The notes under the pieces: generated by a model | Seen by the model: the letters and a program-made list of their open reading frames with translations, nothing else | Database searches by the model: none | Told to the model about the DNA's origin: nothing | DNA from: Thermoplasmata archaeon | Lineage (GTDB): Archaea; Thermoplasmatota; Thermoplasmata; Lutacidiplasmatales; UBA184 | Reading direction: 5' to 3' | NCBI GenBank assembly: GCA_028864975.1 | Contig: JAGWLG010000004.1 | Location: 64,001-128,000 of the forward strand | DNA length: 64,000 bases | Translations under genes and position numbers: made by a program | Part shown: positions 57,730 through 64,000 of the stretch, one piece after another | How positions within the stretch are numbered: position 1 is the stretch's first letter | Layout: every line of letters begins with the position of its first letter

Positions 57730-58468
57730 GGAGCCGCTCGCGGATCGTCGAGAGCGCCTCGCCGCGCAACGCGGGCCCGTCCGCACTGGAAGCGATGGCG
57801 CGGAGCGTGCGCGGCGCCTTGCGGCGGAGCCGCACGGCCTCTCTCCGCACGTGCGAGAGCGCCCGGGATAGCTCATCGATGATCGGAAGCTGCGCCACGA
57901 CCGCGGTGCGAGAGAGGGGGTTCAGGTCGATCGCGATGACGAACTTCCCCGCCAGGACGAGCGCCTGCGCCCGGTCCCCGTCCTCGAGGGGGACCAAGAC
58001 CACGTCCGCGCGCAAGATGCCCAGAGGGTCGACCCAGCTGCGGTCCGAGGCGAGCCCCCGCAGCCGGGCGGTGGGGCGGACCCCGAGCACCTCCTTCACT
58101 CCCGCCGCCCGGAGCGCGTGGGCGACGAGCTCGGCCCGACGCGGGGTCCGATGGAACAGGTTCACTTCGACCCGCAGGTGAGGGATGGCGCGCGCGAGCG
58201 CGGCCACTTCCCGGGAGGCGAGAGCGGCCACGTTCCCGTTGACGGAGAGAACGGGTCGCTCGGCCAGCAGGAGGCGGGCGGCCGCCGCTTGGGCCGCACG
58301 TGCCGCAGAAGGCGTGGTCCGCTCTCCGAGGAGGTAATCAAAGGCCTCGCCCCTTCCGTGGGCCATCAGCCCCTCCGGGACGACCAGTCCGCGTTGCATC
58401 TCCTCGGCGAGACCCGCCCGGACCAGCAGGCTGCGGTACCGCGGATGCGACCGGGGGATCACGGTCAT
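57704..58468 (-). CDS. Phosphopantothenate synthetase (4-phosphopantoate--beta-alanine ligase)
   Basis: IPRSHPRYRSL, GLMAHGRGEAFDYLLGE, SVNGN, VNLFHRT, VPLEDGDR, IDLNPLSRT. Confidence 0.93.
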   Translation of the reverse strand: MTVIPRSHPRYRSLLVRAGLAEEMQRGLVVPEGLMAHGRGEAFDYLLGERTTPSAARAAQAAAARLLLAERPVLSVNGNVAALASREVAALARAIPHLRVEVNLFHRTPRRAELVAHALRAAGVKEVLGVRPTARLRGLASDRSWVDPLGILRADVVLVPLEDGDRAQALVLAGKFVIAIDLNPLSRTAVVAQLPIIDELSRALSHVRREAVRLRRKAPRTLRAIASSADGPALRGEALSTIRERLLKLSRMRT

Positions 58469-58490
58469 GGTCCTCGCCATGGACGGGCGC

Positions 58491-59318
58491 TCAAAGAGGC
58501 TCGCGCTCGCGCGTCGAGGGGGAGGGCGGTGCGAGGTCGGATGCCGGGTCCCATCGCGGCGACCGAACCGGGAGCGGCCCGCCCCAGAGAGCCCCTCCTG
58601 GGGTCACGTGCAGGGCCCTGCCGAGAATGAGCACGCCCCCACTCCTTGCCCGCTCGACCGCTCGGGCGAACCGGGGGTCCATCGCCCCGTAGGGACGTAC
58701 CTCACGCACGTCGTCCCTCTGGACGAGGAAGAGGAGGGCGGCGCGTCCCCCTCGCCTGAGCACGAAACGGGTCAGAGCCTCGACATGGGACGCGCCTCGC
58801 ACCGTGGGGGCGTCCGGGAAGAGCGCGGTAGGGCCTTCGCGGAGGTTCGAGCTCTTCACCTCCAAGAGGGCCCGGGGCGTGGGCCGACCGCCCGCGAGGA
58901 GCACCGCGTGGTCGAAGCGGTGGTGTCCCCAGGGGACCTCGCTCGACCATCTCCCCCAGTCGGCCACCGGGCGGACCCAACCGCCCTCCAGCGCCTGGTC
59001 GACGAGGGGCCGAGCCGCCCCCGTGTCGATGGAGACGAGGGTGGTGGGGTCGCCCGGGGCTTCGACGTCCACCAGGGTCCACGACGTGCGCCGCTGCCCT
59101 TGGGCGGAGGGCGAGGTCCTCTCGCGCGGCGGGACGATGTGGCCGTAGGTCCGTCCCGGAGGAAGGAGCTCCCGCAACCGTCCCGGGTTCGGAACGTGGG
59201 CCTCGAGCACTCCAAGCTCCGGGTCCTCGACCCGGCAGAGGTAGCGGTTGGGCCGCTCCAGGAAGCGCACGCGGCGGGCGGCCCCGGCGTACCGCAGTTC
59301 GGGGCGCGCTCGGCCCAC
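58491..59318 (-). CDS. sfsA: SfsA-family DNA/RNA nuclease
   Basis: FLERPNRY, HVPNPGRLRELL, FDH...LLEVKS, FPDAPTVRGASHVEAL; GTG 59318. Confidence 0.9.
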   Translation of the reverse strand: MGRARPELRYAGAARRVRFLERPNRYLCRVEDPELGVLEAHVPNPGRLRELLPPGRTYGHIVPPRERTSPSAQGQRRTSWTLVDVEAPGDPTTLVSIDTGAARPLVDQALEGGWVRPVADWGRWSSEVPWGHHRFDHAVLLAGGRPTPRALLEVKSSNLREGPTALFPDAPTVRGASHVEALTRFVLRRGGRAALLFLVQRDDVREVRPYGAMDPRFARAVERARSGGVLILGRALHVTPGGALWGGPLPVRSPRWDPASDLAPPSPSTREREPL

Positions 59319-59335
59319 GTCCCCTCGTCCGTCTC

Positions 59336-60499
59336 TCAGTCGAAGCCCGGGCCTAGGAGCTCGCGCGCGATCACCAGACGGCGGATCTCGCTCGTACCGG
59401 CCCCGATCTCGAGGAGCTTGGCGTCGCGCATCAACCGTTCCACCGGGAGGTCGCGCATGTAGCCGTTCCCGCCATGGACCTGGATCGCCTCCAGCGCCAC
59501 GCGCGTCGAGGCTTCGCTCGCGTACGTCAGGGCTGCGCAGGCGGGTCGGCCCGTCCGCTTGTCGCGGCCCACCGCGTCCAGAGCAGCCCACACGAGCCCG
59601 CGCGACGCCTCGAGCTGCATGTACATGTTGGCGAGCTTCTCCTGGATGAGCTGGAACTGACCGATCTTCTTCTGGAACTGTTCGCGCTCCTGGGCGTACT
59701 TGGTGGACAAGGCGAGGCACTCGTCCATGATCCCCAGCGGGATCGCGGCCAGCACCGCACGCTCGACGTTGAGACCGCTCATCACGATCTCGACGCCCTG
59801 GTTCTCCTTCCCTAGGAGGTTCTCCTTCGGGACCTCGACGTTGTCGAAGACAAGCTCGCCGGTGGGAGACCCTCGCATCCCCATCTTGTCCAGCTTGCGA
59901 CTCACCGAAAAGCCCGAGAAGGTCTTCTCGACGATGAAGGCACTGATGCCGCGGGAGCCCCTCGACGGATCGGTCTTGGCGTAGACGAGGAGCGTGTCCG
60001 CTACGGGACCGTTCGTGATGAACTGCTTCGTGCCGTTCAGGACGTAGTGTCCCCCCTTCCTCTCCGCCCTCGTCTGGAGCGACACGGCATCCGACCCGGC
60101 GTTGGGCTCGGTCAGGGCGAGGGCACCCGTACGTTCCCCCTTCGCGAGCGAGGGAACGTACTTCTTCCGCTGCTCCGCGCTGGCGTTACGGCACAGATTG
60201 TCGAGGCAAAGGTTCGAGTGGGCCCCGACCGAAAGGGCGAAGGCGGGAGAGATCCGGGCGATCTCCTCGAGGATGAGGGCCTGGGCCACGTAGTCGAGGC
60301 CAGCCCCCTCAAGCTCCGTCGGTACGGTCACGCCCAGGTACCCCTGGGCCCCCATCCGTCGGAAGACGTCGATCGGCCAGAAGTCCTCCCGGTCCATCTT
60401 GTCCGCGACCGGGGCGAGCTCCTTGCGGACGAAGCTCCGTACGGACTCCTGGAGCGAGCGTTCCTCCTCGGAGAGGGAAAGCTGCACGGTCTCCCCCAT
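59336..60499 (-). CDS. Acyl-CoA dehydrogenase, isovaleryl-CoA dehydrogenase-like
   Basis: [60 protein letters not shown]. Confidence 0.9.
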   Translation of the reverse strand: MGETVQLSLSEEERSLQESVRSFVRKELAPVADKMDREDFWPIDVFRRMGAQGYLGVTVPTELEGAGLDYVAQALILEEIARISPAFALSVGAHSNLCLDNLCRNASAEQRKKYVPSLAKGERTGALALTEPNAGSDAVSLQTRAERKGGHYVLNGTKQFITNGPVADTLLVYAKTDPSRGSRGISAFIVEKTFSGFSVSRKLDKMGMRGSPTGELVFDNVEVPKENLLGKENQGVEIVMSGLNVERAVLAAIPLGIMDECLALSTKYAQEREQFQKKIGQFQLIQEKLANMYMQLEASRGLVWAALDAVGRDKRTGRPACAALTYASEASTRVALEAIQVHGGNGYMRDLPVERLMRDAKLLEIGAGTSEIRRLVIARELLGPGFD

Positions 60500-60588
60500 G
60501 GGCTCCTCCCAAAAACCCCTAGGGGAAGCGTGGAGGGCCACCTGCGGGCCCCGACGACCGAAGCCGAGGACGGGCTCCCTCCTATGAC

Positions 60589-60616
60589 GGTAATATATAT
60601 TACCATTAACGGTAAT
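60589..60616. promoter_or_regulatory. Perfect 16-bp palindrome centred on a TATA box plus third half-site
   Basis: GGTAATATATATTACC (60589..60604) then GGTAAT (60611..60616). Confidence 0.75.
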
Positions 60617-60627
60617 CTAGAATACCT

Positions 60628-62025
60628 ATGTTCGTGGGTCGGTCCTGGGAACTCTCCGCCCTCCTGAGGGCCCTGGAGAAGGGCCCTCCTCAGTTCGTGC
60701 GTGTCCTAGGTCGACGTCGCGTGGGGAAGACCGAGCTCCTTCTCCATTTCCTCGAAGGGCGGAAGGCCCTGCTCTTCGACGTCGATGAGACGACCACCCC
60801 CGTGATGCTAGGGACGCTGGCCGCCCAGTTCGCGACCCAGGTGCGGACCGACCCACCCTTCCTGCGCACGTGGGATGACTTCTTGGACGCCGTTGAGCGC
60901 TCCGGCCTCCCGCTGATCGTCTTCGATGAGTTCCAGCATGTCCTCGAGTCAGGAGGCGGTGGCGAAGGCCGGCTCCGTTCCCGATGGGACCGGCGATGGC
61001 GCAAGAGTGGCCCGAGCGTCATCCTCTGCGGGAGCAGCATCGGAATGATGCGAGGGCTCGCGGAGGCCCGAGGGGCCCCGCTCTACGGTCGGCTGACCGC
61101 GGACCTGCGGCTACGACCGATGGAGTACCGGGATGTCCGTGCCTTCCACCCGGACCTTTCGGAGGCCGAGCGGGTCCGTCGGTTCGCGGTCTTCGGAGGC
61201 ACCCCCTACTACCAGGCGATGTCGCTCAAAGGGACCCTGGAGGAGTCGATCTCACGGGCGCTCCTCAACCCCGAATCTCCGTTGCTCAACGAGCCGACCT
61301 TGCTGCTCCGGTCCGAGTACGGGGACCCGACCCGCTACAACAGCGTCCTGACCGCGGTGGGAGAGGGGTGCCACGCGCTGCACGACATCGAGTCCCGGCT
61401 GGGAACCCCCCATGGGGGTCTGGGGTCGTACCTGCGGTCCCTCCAGGAGGACATGGACCTGATATCGCTCGAGGTTCCCTTGCTGGGCAGGTCGAAACTC
61501 GGTCGCTACGTGATCAGCGATCCCTTCTTTGCGTTCTACTACCGGTTCATTCCCAAGGAGCGCCCTCTGATCGAAGCCCGGAAAGGGGACGATGTCCTCT
61601 CCCGGATCCGGCCCCAGCTGGAGGAGCGGGCCGGGAGGGTTTTCGAGCGTGTAGCTCTCGAGGCCCTGGTCCGCGCCCCAGAGATAGGGGGTCGGTCGCC
61701 ACGGCTGCGAGCCTGGGGGCGTTGGTGGAACCGTACCGGGGAGGAGATCGATATCGTGCTCGTGGGAGAGGACCGCGTCTGGGCGGGTGAGGTCAAGTGG
61801 TCCTCAGCGCCCCAAGGCACGTCTCTGGTCTACGACCTCCTGCGGAAGATCCCCCTCATCGAAGGACGCGGGCAGCTCACCGTGCTGCCCTTCGTCGTGA
61901 GCCGCGGGGGAGTCACCGACGGTGCCGCGCATCTCCTCGAAGAGCGAGGAGGATTCGCGCTGACCCTGGAGGACCTGACGGGGCTGTTCGAAGGACTGGA
62001 GCGAGCACCTCTACACGGGTCGTGA
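60628..62025 (+). CDS. Archaeal ATPase (AAA) with wHTH and C-terminal DUF234-type PD-(D/E)XK nuclease
   Basis: FVGRSWEL, GRRRVGKT, IVFDEFQ, ILCGSS, FGGTPYY, DPFFAFY, WWNRTGEEIDIV...GEVKW. Confidence 0.88.
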   Translation: MFVGRSWELSALLRALEKGPPQFVRVLGRRRVGKTELLLHFLEGRKALLFDVDETTTPVMLGTLAAQFATQVRTDPPFLRTWDDFLDAVERSGLPLIVFDEFQHVLESGGGGEGRLRSRWDRRWRKSGPSVILCGSSIGMMRGLAEARGAPLYGRLTADLRLRPMEYRDVRAFHPDLSEAERVRRFAVFGGTPYYQAMSLKGTLEESISRALLNPESPLLNEPTLLLRSEYGDPTRYNSVLTAVGEGCHALHDIESRLGTPHGGLGSYLRSLQEDMDLISLEVPLLGRSKLGRYVISDPFFAFYYRFIPKERPLIEARKGDDVLSRIRPQLEERAGRVFERVALEALVRAPEIGGRSPRLRAWGRWWNRTGEEIDIVLVGEDRVWAGEVKWSSAPQGTSLVYDLLRKIPLIEGRGQLTVLPFVVSRGGVTDGAAHLLEERGGFALTLEDLTGLFEGLERAPLHGS

Positions 62026-62545
62026 GCTGGCCCCTGGTGGCGCGGGTTGCTGCACCGTCCCGGTCTCCGTGCCGGTCGAAGTCATGCACCCCATGCCACC
62101 CTGTCCCCCCATGCCCTGGTCGTAGTCTCCGCCGGTACCATTGCCGCTGCGGTGGCCGCAGCAGGGGCCGCTGCCCCCCCCCAGTCCCGATTCCTCTCAC
62201 GATCCCGTTGCCTCCCCAGGTGCCGTTCTGCCGCCCTCCTCCCGGGTCTCCGACCATGGGCCCCTGACCTTGACCCCACGGGGAGCAAGCCCCCAGGGGT
62301 CCCGCGTGACCCGTGGGCTCACCCCAGGGACCCGAGAAGGTCCCGCCGGAGGCGACCGCGAAGATCCGGCCTCCGCCCATCAGGTCCATGACGGCGCCCA
62401 CCAGGACCCCTTTGCCGCTCAGCCACCCGCCGACCCCGCACCATCCCGGGGTCGCCCCGACCATGGTTTGGACCGCCTGGACATCCGTGGGGGGAACCAC
62501 CTCGAACTTGGAAGAGATCCGTACGACCCGCTCGTTCGAACATCA
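62011..62545 (-). pseudogene. Broken Gly/Met-rich ORF, frameshifted at a G9 run
   Basis: Coherent Gly-rich reading in one frame up to the G9 tract (62174..62182), continuing in the +1 frame to TAG at 62011; in-frame TGA upstream at 62543. Confidence 0.35.
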
Positions 62546-62772
62546 CGCTGGAGTGGGGGACGATCGTCGAACGGACCCGACACGTTCGCTTCCGCGAAGG
62601 TGCCGCGCGACCTCGCGCGCCGCCGGCACGGGGCTTGTCAACGCAGTCCGTCGGAACGGGTCCTCTGTCTCGGTGACTAGCAGGCGTGCTGGGGGGAGTT
62701 CCGGGTGCATAGGTTGGAGGATGAGATGGAGGGACAGAACCTATCTGTACCTCTCGACCTTGAAACCTAGGA

Positions 62773-63105
62773 ATGCCGAAGGAGATTCCCGCCCTCGACC
62801 CGGAGCTCCTTGCCGACATCATACGACGTGTCGTTCGCGTAGCCCATCCCGTCAGGATCGTGCTGTTCGGGTCCTCCGCCCGTGGCCAGCGAAGGCCCGA
62901 CAGCGACGTCGACCTGCTCGTCGTGGTCCGCCCCCGCGTCCATCGTGGGCACCTCGCCGAACGGATCTACCAGAGCTTCATCGGCCTTGAGGTCCCCGTG
63001 GATGTCATCGTCGCCACCGAGGACGACATTGAGCGCCATCGATCGAACCCGGGACTGATCTACCAGACCATCCTGGAGGAGGGAACTGCCGTCTATGGCT
63101 CGTAG
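62773..63105 (+). CDS. Minimal nucleotidyltransferase (MNT) antitoxin
   Basis: IVLFGSSARG...DSDVDLLVV, PVDVIV. Confidence 0.9.
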   Translation: MPKEIPALDPELLADIIRRVVRVAHPVRIVLFGSSARGQRRPDSDVDLLVVVRPRVHRGHLAERIYQSFIGLEVPVDVIVATEDDIERHRSNPGLIYQTILEEGTAVYGS

Positions 63106-63430
63106 CGGAGCGAGGGATGGCAGCCCACAGGACTGGCTGGCGCGTGCGCTCAGCAATCTGACCCGAGCTCGCCAGCCAAGGCCGATGGACGTCTTCTGGG
63201 AGGACCTGTGCTTCGATGCCCAACAGGCGGCCGAGAAGAGCCACAAGGCCGTATTGGTCTCCCGTGGCAGCACCGTTCCACGGACCCACAGCTTCGCCGA
63301 CCTCCTCACGCTCCTTTCGAAATCGACCCCTTCATTCCCCGAGTAGCTTGGAGAGGTTGCCGGTCTCACACGGTACGCGGCAGAGGCCGACACCGGACGA
63401 CCTCTGACCCGGTCACGGATGCCATGACCG
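63095..63430 (+). pseudogene. HEPN-domain protein with premature stop
   Basis: DWLARA, CFDAQQAAEKSHKAVL, PRTHS; TAG at 63344..63346 followed in frame by LGEVAGLTRYAAEA, then loss of frame. Confidence 0.75.
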
Positions 63431-63499
63431 ATCCTCGCCACAAACTCGCGGAGACGGTGCGGCCGAACGTCTGAAGAGAGCCTTCCGCTGGAGGCAGGC

Positions 63500-63985
63500 A
63501 TGTCCTTCCTCGAGAACCCCCCCGAGAACGTGTGCTTCGGCTGCGGCAAGGCCAATCCGCGAGGACTGCACCTCGATTTCGAGCTCAAGCCATCCTCCCC
63601 GCCGGGAGGGGAGCGGGTCGTGACCCAGTTCGTCCCCAAGGAGGACGAGGTCGGATGGCCGGGGCTCCTCCATACCGGGTTCCATCAGTTCGTCCTGTTC
63701 GAGACCGCCTATTGGGCAGCGCTCACGCTGGGTGGGAAGGTGCACCGGTTCGGGGGCCATGCCTCCTTCGACCAGGACCGGCTTCCGAGAGTAGGGCGCG
63801 TATGCACCGTGGAGGCCTCCATCGTTGGCAGAGACCCCGAACTCAAGGTCCTCGCGACCTCACGCAACGATCGTGGGGCTCCTTGCGGTAGGCTGGAGAC
63901 GAACTGGGTTCCCGCCAGTCGGAAGGCCGTGGAGGCGGCGGGCATCTCTCTGCCCACCTACCTCCTTGACGAGATGGACCCCTAG
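63500..63985 (+). CDS. PaaI-like hotdog-fold thioesterase
   Basis: CFGCGKANPRGLHLDF, GWPGLLHTG. Confidence 0.8.
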   Translation: MSFLENPPENVCFGCGKANPRGLHLDFELKPSSPPGGERVVTQFVPKEDEVGWPGLLHTGFHQFVLFETAYWAALTLGGKVHRFGGHASFDQDRLPRVGRVCTVEASIVGRDPELKVLATSRNDRGAPCGRLETNWVPASRKAVEAAGISLPTYLLDEMDP

Positions 63986-64000
63986 ACTCGGCGGCTGTGC

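Noticed and set aside
63344-63346. Pyrrolysine or amber read-through in HEPN
   Set aside because: The frame degenerates again shortly after the TAG and no pyl genes are in view; a nonsense mutation is simpler.
1-64000. CRISPR array, cas operon, rRNA, integrase or provirus
   Set aside because: No regularly spaced repeats, cas1/cas2, rRNA-like sequence, recombinase or virion genes were found by eye.

Overview
High-GC, gene-dense archaeal chromosome segment. It is most consistent with Thermoplasmatota, possibly an acid-soil lineage such as Ca. Lutacidiplasmatales (inference from thermopsin and sedolisin proteases, Thermoplasmata-type 'ETGLP' surface repeats, archaeal ligase, SRP54, PheRS, PurP and PPS). 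Housekeeping genes include glyA, csl4, lig, rpe, pth2, srp54, pheS/pheT, eno, rps2 and purP. These are interleaved with a peptide-scavenging set: one thermopsin, two sedolisins, a large Opp/Dpp ABC system, and acyl-CoA and methylmalonyl-CoA enzymes. Accessory patches hold five toxin-antitoxin pairs (two decaying), an IS1634-like remnant, a STAND-type ATPase-TPR protein and an archaeal ATPase-nuclease. Two intron-containing tRNAs invisible in the ORF track were read directly: tRNA-Leu(TAA) with a 37/38 intron, whose discriminator base is also the A of the next gene's ATG, and tRNA-Ser(GGA) with a non-canonical T-loop (59/60) intron. Both have the same imperfect BHB motif. Other highlights are membrane-anchored proteases ending in cytoplasmic zinc fingers (one a canonical C2H2), a TrmB-V4R / divergent TFB / Cas4-like nuclease locus, palindromic operators over several promoters, and bacterial-style hairpin terminators. 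No CRISPR array, rRNA or integrase was seen.
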